Shown piece by piece: positions 20,087 to 30,121 of a DNA stretch of 64,000 nucleotides (positions are counted from its first letter, which is position 1; the number at the start of each line of letters is the position of its first letter). Position numbers and translations under genes: made by a program. Location of the stretch: positions 224,001-288,000 of the forward strand of contig CBDDBZ010000038.1 of NCBI GenBank assembly GCA_965225945.1. The letters are read 5' to 3'. Source of the DNA: Alphaproteobacteria bacterium. GTDB lineage: Bacteria; Pseudomonadota; Alphaproteobacteria; GCA-2731375. The notes beneath the pieces were generated by a model. That model did not search any database. It worked only from the letters and a program-made list of their open reading frames with translations, and was not told the DNA's origin.

Positions 20087-21853
20087 TTATTCCGGCAGTC
20101 CAGCTGCTCTCAAACCACCCAAAAGGCGCCGAACAATTGCGTTATTGCTGACCATCAAAAGTTCAGGAACGTGCTTAAGACGCAAATTGGGAGCAAACTG
20201 TCGGACTTCCTTCATGGCGTTGGCCGCTTCATCCAACCGTCCAGTCTGGCTCAGGATGTAGGCCTTCTGGAGCCAGGAGTGCAGATGCGTCGGTTCAGCC
20301 TCCAGGATCGCGTCAAACAGCGCCAACGCTTCGTCGAATTCAGAAAGCAGCAGCAGAACCCGCCCCAGACCATTCCTGTACCAGTTCGGACAAAAGGGGC
20401 TGAGCGAGATCGCGGCGCGAAAATGCTCCGCACCCTCGGCGAAGTCTCCAGCGCGGGTTAGTGCAAGCCCGAGATGAGCGCGTGCATGCGCGATACCCGG
20501 ATACAGCTCCACACTACGCCGTGCGATGGCCAGGGCTTCGAAGGCGCGATTCTGAGACCCCGCAACCACGTTACTCAATCCTAGTGCCCAGGGAAGGTTA
20601 TTGTCCAACTCCAGCGCGCGTTCGGCGCATTCCTTGGCGCGTGCGATCTTGGCTTCAGCATCGCCCGTATGGCCCACCCGGCCATCGTGCCAGAAGGTGT
20701 AACCGAGGGTAGCCCAGGCGTAGGCGTAATTCGGGTCGTGGGCCAATGCGTTCTCCGCCAGCGTGCGGGCCTCCAGATAATCCGAGGTATTCCAACGCTC
20801 GATCAGTTCCGTTGCTCTGACACAAAGCTGCCAGGCCTCGATATCCGTGGTACCGCTACCCCATAAACGGGCTTCCTCACCGTCGGTGAGCTTGATGCGT
20901 AACGCTGTGACAATCTCTTTGGTGATCTCGTCTTGAATATCGAAGAGATCATCGATGGTACGGTCGAAGCGTTCGGCCCATACATGGCTGCCGTCGCTCG
21001 CGTCGATCAGCTGCGCGGTGATGCGCAGTCGGTCACCACCTTTCCGGATGCTCCCTTCCATCACATAGCGGACGCCCAGCTCGTTGGCGACCCGGCGCAA
21101 GTCGATGGCTTGCCCCTTGTAGACGAAGGTTGAGTTGCGCGCGATGACGCGCAGTTGCGAAATCTTCGACAGCGCGGTGATGATTTCCTCAGCCATACCG
21201 TCGGCGAAGAACTCCTGCTCGCGATCGCCCGACATGTTGTCGAAGGACATTACTGCGATCGAGGGCTTGTCGGGCAATGGCAACGCGTCACCGCCGGCGA
21301 TTTCCTGAGCGGAGCCAGCGGGCGTTCCCAGGGGAGACCAGCGCCAGACCTGGACTGGCTTGGCGATGTTCTTGACCTCGTGGAGGCCGTCGTCGGTGAA
21401 CTGCGCGTCCGTCTTGCCCTGCACCTGCTCATGGACGTTGCCCGAGATCGCTATGTCGCCGGCCTCGGCAAGCGCCTCCAGACGTGCCGCGACATTGACG
21501 CCATCACCATGGATGTCGTCGCCATCGATGATGATGTCACCGAGATTGATGCCGACGCGGAAGAGCATCCGGCGATCATCGGGCTCGCCCGCGTTGCGTT
21601 CCGCCATTCCCTGCTGAACCTCGATACAGCACCTGACCGCGTCCAAAACACTGGCAAACTCCAAAAGGATTCCGTCGCCGGTCGTCTTGACGATACGGCC
21701 TCGGTGCTCGGCGACCTTGGGATCGACCAGTTCGCGCCGATGCGCCTTCAGCGCCGCCAGCGTGCCATCCTCGTCCACGCCCATGAGACGCGAATACCCG
21801 ACCACGTCGGCGGCGACGATGGCGGCCAGTCTGCGCTGTGTGCCCTCGGACAT
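20087..21853 (-). CDS. Class III adenylate/guanylate cyclase with TolB-like and TPR domains
   Basis: RRLAAIVAADVVGYS, KTTGDG, GDGVNVAARLE, PDKPSIAV and TPR repeats. Confidence 0.93.
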   Translation of the reverse strand: MSEGTQRRLAAIVAADVVGYSRLMGVDEDGTLAALKAHRRELVDPKVAEHRGRIVKTTGDGILLEFASVLDAVRCCIEVQQGMAERNAGEPDDRRMLFRVGINLGDIIIDGDDIHGDGVNVAARLEALAEAGDIAISGNVHEQVQGKTDAQFTDDGLHEVKNIAKPVQVWRWSPLGTPAGSAQEIAGGDALPLPDKPSIAVMSFDNMSGDREQEFFADGMAEEIITALSKISQLRVIARNSTFVYKGQAIDLRRVANELGVRYVMEGSIRKGGDRLRITAQLIDASDGSHVWAERFDRTIDDLFDIQDEITKEIVTALRIKLTDGEEARLWGSGTTDIEAWQLCVRATELIERWNTSDYLEARTLAENALAHDPNYAYAWATLGYTFWHDGRVGHTGDAEAKIARAKECAERALELDNNLPWALGLSNVVAGSQNRAFEALAIARRSVELYPGIAHARAHLGLALTRAGDFAEGAEHFRAAISLSPFCPNWYRNGLGRVLLLLSEFDEALALFDAILEAEPTHLHSWLQKAYILSQTGRLDEAANAMKEVRQFAPNLRLKHVPELLMVSNNAIVRRLLGGLRAAGLPE

Positions 21854-21920
21854 GGGTGAAGTCTAACTGAGCTGGCCAACCGCAGGAACTGCGACCTCGA
21901 ACGAAAAGGCGTGTCGGTGC

Positions 21921-21945
21921 ATTAGGGATATTGAATGGAAGGTGT
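21921..21945 (-). repeat. Right half of repeat S4 (target continuation after the Int-IS91 element)
   Basis: Reverse complement acaccttccattcaatatccCTAAT matches the 25-26-nt post-CA module. Confidence 0.65.
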
Positions 21946-22268
21946 TGTGCAGGTTTCTCGGATGCCTTGCCGGCATAGGGAGTGAGGCGCGGTGTTTGCC
22001 GGCGTCCGAGAAGCGCCAAGGCACGAAATCGCGGGATACAGGCGTCGCTATGGGGATTTGAGCGTGGCGTCGATGGTGGTGTCGTCTGGACGACCCGCAT
22101 ATGGGGCGTGAGGCGCCATAAGGAGATCGTCGAGCGCGGTGAAGCGTTGCCGAGGGGGGCACGAGCGGGGCCGGGGCGGCCAACGATGCCGCCGTTTTCG
22201 GTGTCCCGGGCGAGCGAAGTCGAGCGCCGAGGCTCGGCGGGGAAGGTGGCTGATGTTTTGGGTCGGTG

Positions 22269-23511
22269 TCATGAGCTATCGATGGCCTTCGGCGGTGAAC
22301 GGGCCTTTGGTTGACAGCCGGCCTCGAAGACCTCGACGACGATCATGGGACCGCCACAACGGGGGCACGGTCGGGCGCCCTGGCGTTGGTCCTCGGGAGG
22401 CTCCGAGGCCTCTTCCTCGCTGGCGTCGGGCGCCGGTGGTCCGCCGAGCAGTTCGCGAGCGCGTTTTATGTTGGCGGCGCGGTTGCCGTTTGCAAAGAGG
22501 CCGTAGTGTCGGATGCGGTGGAAGCCCTTGGGCAGGACGTGCATGAGGAAGCGGCGGATGAACTCCGCGACATCGAGGGTCATGGTCCCGTAGCGCTCGG
22601 CGCCGTCGCGGCGGTAGTCCTTGTAGGTGAAGGTAACGGCGCCGTTGTCGAGGCGGAGCAAGCGGCGGTTGGAGATGGCGACGCGGTGGGTGTATCGGGC
22701 GAGGTAGGCGAGCACGGCCTCGGGCCCGCCGAAGGGGCGCTTGGCATAGACGACCCATTCACTCTTGCGCATGGGCGCGAGGAAGGTGCCGAACGCCGCC
22801 GGTTCGGCGAGGCCCGCGTGCTCGGCGAAGAACTTCAGACGTTCGGTCTCGTGGGCGGCGGCGAGCTTCTCGATGAAGAGCCGGCGGAAGAGGCGCGAGA
22901 GCACGCGGACGGGCAAGAAGAAGCCGGGCCGGCAGGCAATCCATTCCGTGCCGTCCGGAGAGACCCCGCCGCCGGGCACGATCATGTGGATGTGTGGTGA
23001 GGCGCCGGTGCGCCATCGGTCCGAGCACGGCGCCGTAAAGCGTCATGGCCGAGCCCCAGGTGTGGAGCACGGCGGTGATGCCGATCTTGGCGCCGAGGTG
23101 CTTTGGATCGGCGGCGATGGTGATCATGGTCTCGGCGCTCGCCTTGAACAGGATGTCGTAGACGACGGCCTTGTTCTGGTACGCGATGTCGGCGATCGCC
23201 GCCGGCAGGGTGAAGACGAGATGGTAGTAGGGGACGGGCAGTAGTTCGGCCTCGCGCTCGGCCAACCAGTCCCGGGCCGCCGCCCCCTGGCACTTGGGGC
23301 AATGGCGGTTGCGGCACGAGTTGTAGGCGATCTGGGTGTGCTCGCAGTCCTCGCAGGCCAAGACGTGCCCGCCGAGCGCGGCCGTGCGGCAGCGCTCGAT
23401 GGCGCTCATGACCTTCAGCTGTTGCAAGCTCACGTGGCCGGCATTGGCCCGACGCCAGGCGGGGCCGAAGTCGCGGAAGATATCCGCGACCTCCAACCCA
23501 TGGGCTGTCAC
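22269..23511 (-). pseudogene. IS91-family (Y2/HUH) transposase, frameshifted
   Basis: YNSCRNRHCPKC Zn-binding domain, HTWG, HIH, YLARY and HRIRHYG motifs; a ~37-nt hairpin insert (23001-23034) shifts the frame just before HUH. Confidence 0.88.
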
Positions 23512-23524
23512 GACCCGGCGGCGC

Positions 23525-24436
23525 TTACCCCGACGGCTTGGCCTTCTTCCGCTTCTTGCCACCGGGCTTGGACAAGAGATCCAGCGGACTCTCGATGGCG
23601 GCGATGGCGCCGGTCGCGACCCGGGTATAGCGCGCCGTGGTGTCGAGCTTGTCGTGGCCCAAAAGCGCTTGGATGTAGCGAATGTCGGTGCCGCGCTCGA
23701 GCAAGTGGGTGGCGAAGGAATGCCGCAACGAGTGCGGCGTCACGTGCTTGGTGATCCCGGCGGCGGCCACCGCCTCCTCGAACAACCGGCTGAACTGCCG
23801 GGTCGTGGCGTGCCGCCCCGCCTCGCGACCGGGGAAGAGCCAGCGCTGTTGCGCAGGCACGCCCGCGTCGTGGCGGGTCGGGCGGGCCCGCCACCATTGC
23901 CTGAGCAACGCCAGCAGTCCCTTCGACAGCATCACGTTACGGTCCTTGCGGCCCTTGCCCTGGACGATACGGATGATGCCTTGGGCGCTGTCGATGTCGC
24001 CGACGCGCAAGCGCACCACCTCGCCCGCTCGCATGCCACAGCCATAGGCGAGCGAGAGCAGCGCGCGGGTCTTCAGGTTCCGGGCCATCACCAGGAGACG
24101 CTTGGCCTCGTCCTGGCTCATCACCTTCGGCAGCCTTTGCGGCTCGCGGATGTGGAAGATCTCCGCCGCGAGATCGAGCCGTCGCAAGGTCACGCGGAAC
24201 AGAAAACGGAGCCCGGTCATGGTCCGGTTGCGGTTGCAGATGCTCATCCCGCTCTCCGCCAGATGAACTTGGAAGCGGCGGACGTCCTCGGCCACGGCGG
24301 TATCGGGCGAGCCATCCAGAAACACGGCAAAGCGCTCGCAGCCGCGGAGGTGGCCCTTCTGCGTGCCCGCCACCAGCTTGCGGGCGTTCATGTCCTCGAT
24401 CATGCGCTGGCGCAATGGGGTCATCGTCGTCGTCAC
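23525..24436 (-). CDS. Tyrosine integrase (integron-integrase-like N-terminus, lacking the IntI insert)
   Basis: YGCGMRAGE, GKGRKDR, HSLRHSFATHLLE and LLGH..TTARY; R-K-H-R-H-Y intact. Confidence 0.93.
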   Translation of the reverse strand: MTTTMTPLRQRMIEDMNARKLVAGTQKGHLRGCERFAVFLDGSPDTAVAEDVRRFQVHLAESGMSICNRNRTMTGLRFLFRVTLRRLDLAAEIFHIREPQRLPKVMSQDEAKRLLVMARNLKTRALLSLAYGCGMRAGEVVRLRVGDIDSAQGIIRIVQGKGRKDRNVMLSKGLLALLRQWWRARPTRHDAGVPAQQRWLFPGREAGRHATTRQFSRLFEEAVAAAGITKHVTPHSLRHSFATHLLERGTDIRYIQALLGHDKLDTTARYTRVATGAIAAIESPLDLLSKPGGKKRKKAKPSG

Positions 24437-24580
24437 GGAGATGCTCCTTCCTGAGTTGAGGTCGACGAGACCTCAATGATCAGGAACGAGCGCTCGAAGT
24501 GTTATCGATGAAATCCACGGCGGTGGCTGGGCGCGCCATGACCCCTCACCCACGAAATATCGCGTAGCGATTTAGTGCTA

Positions 24581-24645
24581 TGGCTACGAATAGCCGTCCC
24601 GGGCACCCTGGCCCGACGGGGAATGTACCCCCGATAGCCGACATT
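24581..24645 (-). repeat. Left half of repeat S4
   Basis: Reverse complement: aatgtcggctatc-GGGGGTA-cattccccgtc..gacggctattcg-TAGCCA| followed by the element. Confidence 0.8.
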
Positions 24646-24666
24646 GGTGGCCCTCGCCGCGTGAGC

Positions 24667-24765
24667 TCACCCAACCACCCCACGCCCGGCAGATGCCTGT
24701 AGAGCGTCGACGGCGACACCTGCAGCCGCTCCGCCACCTCCGCCACGGAAATGCCGTTCAGCTTC
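24667..24765 (-). pseudogene. Resolvase-type HTH fragment
   Basis: ISVAEVAERLQVSPSTLYRHL. Confidence 0.55.
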
Positions 24766-24991
24766 GAGAAGCCCGCCACGCTCACGGCTCATCCGGCTTT
24801 TGTGGGCGCCGTGATCCATGACCTCGTTGGCCCGCCGGCGCGGTAGGCCTGAAAGCCTGTCTGGAGATTGTCCTTGACCCCGCTCTTTCACTTTGGAAGC
24901 TCTAGCGGGTCGGGCAAGCGCTCGACAGTATCAGCAGGATCCGGAAATCCGCCTGGCTCGCGCCGTCGAGGGCGGCAATGAAATGGAGGCA

Positions 24992-25681
24992 ATGATGCAC
25001 AAGATCGACATCCCCCAAAAGGTCATCGATTCCTGCATTCGCTTGCGCGGCCGCCGGCATGCGCTCGAGTCGATTGAGCCCCAGCGTCTCGCCATGATCG
25101 TCGTCGACATGCAGAACAGTTGGGTCGAGCCCGGTCTCTCGCCCCTGGAGATTCCGATGACCCGCGAAATCATACCGAACATCAACAGGCTGGCGGCGGC
25201 TGTGCGCGCCGCGGGGGGTATCGTCGCCTGGACCCAGTCGGTTTTCCCCGAGGACTGGACACGGCACGTCTATGAACATTTCGGAACGCCCGAATGGCGC
25301 GACCGCGTCATCGCCGATACCCAACCCGGCGCGCACGGCCACAAGATCGCAAACCAGATGGACGTTGGGCCCGAGGACGTGATCGTCGTGAAGAACCGCC
25401 CGAGCGCCTTCATTCAGGGGGCGTCGAACCTCGAGGCCGAGTTGCGCCGGCGTGGCCGGGACACCTTGATCATTACCGGCACGCTGACCAATGCTTGCTG
25501 TGAATCGAGCGCCCGCGACGCCGCCGCGCTTGGCTTCGTCAGCATCATGGTGTCGGATGCCATGGCGACCCGGACGGACGAGGAGCACAATGCGACGTTG
25601 ATCAACGTCATGCAGCTGACCGCCGACGTCAGATCGATGGATGAGGTCCTGGGCCTGCTCGAGGCCAGCACGACACGATAG
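24992..25681 (+). CDS. Isochorismatase / cysteine hydrolase family protein
   Basis: VVDMQN, KNRPSAF and TGTLTNACCESSARDA motifs. Confidence 0.9.
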   Translation: MMHKIDIPQKVIDSCIRLRGRRHALESIEPQRLAMIVVDMQNSWVEPGLSPLEIPMTREIIPNINRLAAAVRAAGGIVAWTQSVFPEDWTRHVYEHFGTPEWRDRVIADTQPGAHGHKIANQMDVGPEDVIVVKNRPSAFIQGASNLEAELRRRGRDTLIITGTLTNACCESSARDAAALGFVSIMVSDAMATRTDEEHNATLINVMQLTADVRSMDEVLGLLEASTTR

Positions 25682-26143
25682 CCGGGCGTGCCCATAGAGC
25701 TCCTATAATCGGCCACGTCGGCGGCCGGGATCGCGGCGAGGCGGCGCTCCATGCTTGGTCCCCCTTAGTTGGGAGAGTAGCGCCTGAACCATGGCAATCA
25801 TCTCGCGGTCCGCGGAGGACCAGAGCCGCGCTGCTTCCATCACGCACGGCTCGAGGACGCCGTACATCAGCCCTTCGTGGTAGAGCGGAGCGTGCACCAG
25901 AGCGCGGTGCCGAAAGTACTTCAGCTCGTACTCGCGATTGACCAATGATGGATCTGCGGTCGTCACATCTTCGATGTAGAGCGCAACCGGACTGCGCAGG
26001 GCTTCCGCGAACATCGGGTCGTTCTCGACCAGCGACGGAGGCTCTTTTTGCCAGCCGCGATCTTCTCTGGCCAATGCGTATTCCGGCTTACGCTCCCACG
26101 CATGCGTCTGTATCGCACCCGGTTCCTTGGACACAAGTTTGTC

Positions 26144-27055
26144 TCATGCGGCGGGCCTGAGTGACATCGCGGTGTGCCACGCCTGACGAGCTTGAGCGGG
26201 GCTCAGGTAGCCGTTCTTCTCCACGATCCACTGGGCATTGTACTGTTCGACGAACCCGCGGACGGCGTTCCGCAGCTCCGCGATGTTGCGGTAGATGCGG
26301 CCATGGATGATCTGTTCCTTGAGCGTGCGATTGAACCTCTCGGCGACGCCGTTGGTCTGGGGCTGTTCGACGAAGGCGTAGGACGGCTGGATGCCCCAGA
26401 ACTTGATCTGGTTGGTGAAGTGGTCCGACAGATACTGGGAGCCGTGATCCATCCGCAAGGCCAGCCCCCGCGCCGCACCGGCGGAGGTCGAGGCATACAG
26501 CCTCGCAAGCCCCATGGAGATCGGCTGAAGGGCGGCGAAGCGGTCGCCTCGCTTGCACACATGCCAGCCGACGCACTCGGCGTTCCAATGCTCGATGGCG
26601 GTGAATATCCAGCCCCAGCCGTCGTCCACCGTGAACACCCGAACGCCGTCCGTGCCCCACATGAGGTTGGGGGCATGGGTGATGATCTCACCGACATGGG
26701 GATTTCCGCCACGGCGGCGGCAGCGATGGGGCGAGAGCAGGTTGTTCTCGCGCATCACCCGGAGCACCCGCTTGCGGGAAACACGGATGCCACGACAGAC
26801 CCGAAGCCGAGCCCAGACCTTGCGGTGTCCCTCGCCCTCCCAGGGGGATGCCTCCAGGTCGGCCTCGATGGCCACCAGCAGAGCCTCGTCCGAGATCGAG
26901 GGCTTCGGTCCCCGGCGCTTTGCTGGTGGGCGCTCAGCGGTGGCCTGCTGCCGGGATTTCATGGCGTAGAACGAGGAACGGGCAAAACCCCAGGCCGCAC
27001 AGACCCGCTGGAGGCCGTAGGCCAAACCCGTGCCGGGAGAGGTGGCGGCACTCAT
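26144..27055 (-). CDS. IS3-like OrfB (DDE integrase core)
   Basis: GHRKVWARL, WGTD, DHGSQY and AERFNRTLKE motifs. Confidence 0.9.
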   Translation of the reverse strand: MSAATSPGTGLAYGLQRVCAAWGFARSSFYAMKSRQQATAERPPAKRRGPKPSISDEALLVAIEADLEASPWEGEGHRKVWARLRVCRGIRVSRKRVLRVMRENNLLSPHRCRRRGGNPHVGEIITHAPNLMWGTDGVRVFTVDDGWGWIFTAIEHWNAECVGWHVCKRGDRFAALQPISMGLARLYASTSAGAARGLALRMDHGSQYLSDHFTNQIKFWGIQPSYAFVEQPQTNGVAERFNRTLKEQIIHGRIYRNIAELRNAVRGFVEQYNAQWIVEKNGYLSPAQARQAWHTAMSLRPAA

Positions 27056-27462
27056 CGCCGCGACCTCCGCCGCCCCAAAGGGCCGGACGTCTCCGTCTTG
27101 GCCTCCAGCAGTTCCACCTGCATGATCAACTCCCCGATCCGCTTCATGGCGATGTCCAGTTCCGCCTTTACCGGATCGCCCTTGCGTTCCTTGAGCGAGG
27201 CATCGATCCCGGCGATCGCCTTCTCACGCCACTGCTCGAGCCGGAAAATCTCCACGCCCAACTGCCGCGACAAAAGTTCCACCGGCTCGCCACGCAAAAG
27301 CCGCAGGGCAACCTCACGCTTGCGCGTCACCGTCCACCGCTGGCCAAGTCCCAGCGGGCCTGCCGGCGAAACCTGGCCCGGGGAAAACGTGGACGAGCCA
27401 AGCTCGCCCTCGTTTACCACAGGCCCATCAACAGCAACTTTGTTCTCAAAATTGTCGGTCAT
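27052..27462 (-). CDS. IS3-like OrfA
   Basis: HTH; ATGA overlap with orfB. Confidence 0.82.
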   Translation of the reverse strand: MTDNFENKVAVDGPVVNEGELGSSTFSPGQVSPAGPLGLGQRWTVTRKREVALRLLRGEPVELLSRQLGVEIFRLEQWREKAIAGIDASLKERKGDPVKAELDIAMKRIGELIMQVELLEAKTETSGPLGRRRSRR

Positions 27463-27727
27463 GTTCCGGTCCTCCTTGGACACTTCGATTAAACCAATTC
27501 TGTGTCCAAGGAACCGGCCCGGTTCATCGGGTCCGACTCACCCACGCATGCGTCGCCCGTGAGCGACGGGTGTGAGGATCACGAAGGAACAACACACACA
27601 CCGGTCGCAATTGAGCGCCTCGCACAGCACCGGCATCAAGTCGCCAAGCAAGTTGTCAGGCGTAGCGTCGCTGTTCAGTAGAGTATCCAAATCAACTGTC
27701 ATGTCGGCTAGGCTGGCCAATGCACAA

Positions 27728-28504
27728 TTAGGCTGCTTGAAGCAGACAGTCGTCGGCGAGGGGCTCCAGCGACTCGGCGTCCCAAGAGGCATAGAACTCA
27801 GGTCGGACACGACGGCGAATGCGGTTTTCCACGTGGTTCAAACTGGAATAGACATTGTTACGCGGCCAGGGCGAGATGTTTGGCGCCGAGGCGTGCGCGG
27901 TACAGCCATGGAAGAACAGCCCAGTCCCAGCCGGTCCCTTCGGCGCGAAAATACCGCTGCTCTCCGCCAGCCGCGCGACCGTATCCCGATCCAGCGCGGC
28001 AAAATCCGAGGAGCCATCGAGCGGCTTCACGGACGCCTCGATCAGGCCATGGCGGTGCGAGCCGGGAATGAGGCAGATCGGACCGTTGAACTCGCCGACC
28101 TCGTCGAGAAAGAGCGCGAAATTGATCGCCCGGGGTTCGGGCATGCCGTCGATGGCGTGCCAGGTGCCGAAGTCCTGATGCCAGGGAAAATCGAGCTGGC
28201 CGAACGGGTGTTTGGTCACCAGCTTGTACTGATGCGAATAAATCGGCCCACCGATGAGCTGGCGCGCCGGCCCGACCATGCGCGGGTGGCGTAGGAGCCG
28301 CGCGAAGGGCTCACTGTAGCGTTCCGGCCGGTGCGCCAGCCGAGGCTCGCCGGTCTCGGTCTTCGGAACTTCCGGCCGGTCGAGTGCGAAGATGCGCGGT
28401 AGCTCGGCCTGTAACACCGCGACTTCGGATTCCGAGAACAGGCTGGGCAGAACCAAAAAGCCATTGCGCTCGAAGGCGGCCACCTGTTTTGGCGACAGCT
28501 CCAT
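27728..28504 (-). CDS. Phytanoyl-CoA dioxygenase (PhyH/EctD-like) family protein
   Basis: FERNGF, WHQD, NGPICLIPGSH and HASAPN Fe(II)/2OG motifs. Confidence 0.9.
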   Translation of the reverse strand: MELSPKQVAAFERNGFLVLPSLFSESEVAVLQAELPRIFALDRPEVPKTETGEPRLAHRPERYSEPFARLLRHPRMVGPARQLIGGPIYSHQYKLVTKHPFGQLDFPWHQDFGTWHAIDGMPEPRAINFALFLDEVGEFNGPICLIPGSHRHGLIEASVKPLDGSSDFAALDRDTVARLAESSGIFAPKGPAGTGLFFHGCTAHASAPNISPWPRNNVYSSLNHVENRIRRRVRPEFYASWDAESLEPLADDCLLQAA

Positions 28505-28700
28505 CAGGGCGCCACCTCATTCCCCGTCGCCAAGAGGTCGGCACCGCTCACCAGCCTCTCGAACGTGCTTTGGAGCTCGGCGGCAATGTAAGGTTCGAGA
28601 TCGACGATCGAAATCGCCGCCGCCGACAACGAGATCGCTCCACCAAGCGCCATCTCTCGCGACCTCCGTGTGTAGAATTTCAAGTAAGGCTAACAGATTC

Positions 28701-28934
28701 TCACTGTCCGCACCAAACGAGGAAGCGCAGGGTGGCGCTCGCCTCGGCCCCGCATGGCCACGTCACCCCGCGCCGCTCGCAAGCCTGCCGTCCCTCGGGC
28801 GCGTCTATGCCGTGAAGGCGGATGCGCTCGGCCCCGACTTCGATGGTGTCGCCGTCGACCACGCCGGCCGGGCCGGAGACGTCGGCCAGGGCGAGGGCGG
28901 GGAAGAGGGCGAGCAGGAAGGCGAGGCGGAACAT
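28701..28934 (-). pseudogene. Thermonuclease 5' fragment F2
   Basis: Signal peptide + VVDGDTI..IRLHGIDAPE..QAC..WPCG; truncated. Confidence 0.85.
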
Positions 28935-28937
28935 GGT

Positions 28938-30062
28938 CTAGTGTCCCGATTCCGAAGTTCGCATGATTTTCGCCTGCTGTTCAGCGATTTCGATTGTTCG
29001 GAGGCAGAAGCGCTGGATGGCGCCGAGGATGTCATCGGCGGATTTGGTCCATTTGAAGGGTTTGGGGTTCTGGTTTGTCGTGTCGATGTAGTCGAGGATG
29101 GTGCGCTCCAACTCCTTGGTGGAGCGATGGACGCCGCGCCTGATCTGCTTGTCGGTCAGCAGCCCGAACCAGCGCTCGACCTGGTTGAGCCAGGAGGCGC
29201 TGGTGGGTGTGAAATGGGCCTGCCAGCGCGGCCGTTTGGCGAACCAGTCGCGGATCGCCTTGGTCTTGTGGGTCCCGTAGTTGTCCATGACGATGTGGAT
29301 GTCGAGATCACCAGGGACGTTCGCCTCGACGAGGTCGAGGAATTTGCGGAACTCTCGGGCCCGATGGCGCGGGAAACATTTGCCGATGATCTCTCCCGTG
29401 GCGATGTCGAGGGCCGCGAAGAGAGAGGTCGTGCCGTGGCGCTTGTAGTCGTGGCTGCGCCGCTCCGCCTGCCCGGGGCGCATCGGCAAGAGGGGCTGGG
29501 AACGGTCCAAGGCCTGGATCTGGCTCTTTTCGTCGACACAGAGAACCAGGGCACGATCCGGCGGCGCCAAATACAGACCGACGATGTCGCGGACCTTCTC
29601 CACGAAGAAGGGATCGCTCGACAGCTTGAAGGTCTCCGAGCGATGCGGCTGCAAGCCGAAGGCCCGCCAGATGCGATGAATGGTCGAGGGCGCGTGGCCG
29701 CTCGCCCGCGCCATCGAGCGAAGGCTCCAATGGGTCGCGTCCGGCGGCGTCTCTTCCAGCGTCAGCCGGACCGCTTCCGCGATGGCGTCATCGCCGATTT
29801 GACGCGGCGCGCCGGGGCGGGGTTCGTCGTACAGACCGTCGAGGCCCTCCGCCGCATAGCGGCGACGCCACTTGCCCACGGTGTCCGCGCTCGCCTCGAG
29901 ACGAACGGCGATCTCCTTGTTCTCCAACCCTTCCGCCGCCGCCAAGACGATCCGAGCCCGCCGCGCAAGCCCCTGCGACGTCTTGCGACGACGAGACAGC
30001 GCCTCCAATTCGGCGCGCTCGTCATCGCTCAAAGAGATCGTCACCGCCACTCTCGCCATCAA
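28938..30062 (-). CDS. IS630 transposase
   Basis: [25 protein letters not shown] and [10 protein letters not shown] motifs. Confidence 0.95.
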   Translation of the reverse strand: MMARVAVTISLSDDERAELEALSRRRKTSQGLARRARIVLAAAEGLENKEIAVRLEASADTVGKWRRRYAAEGLDGLYDEPRPGAPRQIGDDAIAEAVRLTLEETPPDATHWSLRSMARASGHAPSTIHRIWRAFGLQPHRSETFKLSSDPFFVEKVRDIVGLYLAPPDRALVLCVDEKSQIQALDRSQPLLPMRPGQAERRSHDYKRHGTTSLFAALDIATGEIIGKCFPRHRAREFRKFLDLVEANVPGDLDIHIVMDNYGTHKTKAIRDWFAKRPRWQAHFTPTSASWLNQVERWFGLLTDKQIRRGVHRSTKELERTILDYIDTTNQNPKPFKWTKSADDILGAIQRFCLRTIEIAEQQAKIMRTSESGH

Positions 30063-30119
30063 TCGCGCCTCCTGAAAACAAATAGAGACATAATCATATC
30101 AATTTATCGATCAGGACAC
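28941..30119 (-). mobile_element. IS630-family element
   Basis: CTAG/TA at both ends; tagtgtcc..ggacacta IRs. Confidence 0.92.
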
Positions 30120-30121
30120 TA

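Larger units (their letters stand above)
21946..24578 (-). mobile_element. Tyrosine integrase + IS91-like transposase element, copy 1 (2633 bp)
   Basis: Near-identical to 46294-51478 once IS21 is removed; ends gcactaaatcgc.. and ..gaaacctgcaca; no TIR or TSD. Confidence 0.92.
26109..27540 (-). mobile_element. IS3-like element, copy 2 (intact)
   Basis: TG..CA ends, repeated ccttggacac motifs, 14-bp TSD cccacgcatgcgtc (26095-26108, 27541-27554). Confidence 0.92.
25703..27702 (-). pseudogene. GAF-domain protein interrupted by IS3-like copy 2
   Basis: LCEALNCDRC..THAW|ERKP..RALVHAPLY..WS; THAW is duplicated by the TSD. Confidence 0.75.

Noticed and set aside
23525-24436. Classical integron (intI/attC)
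   Set aside because: The segment between GKGRKDR and HSLRH is too short for the IntI-specific insertion, and the repeats lack RYYYAAC..GTTRRRY boxes.
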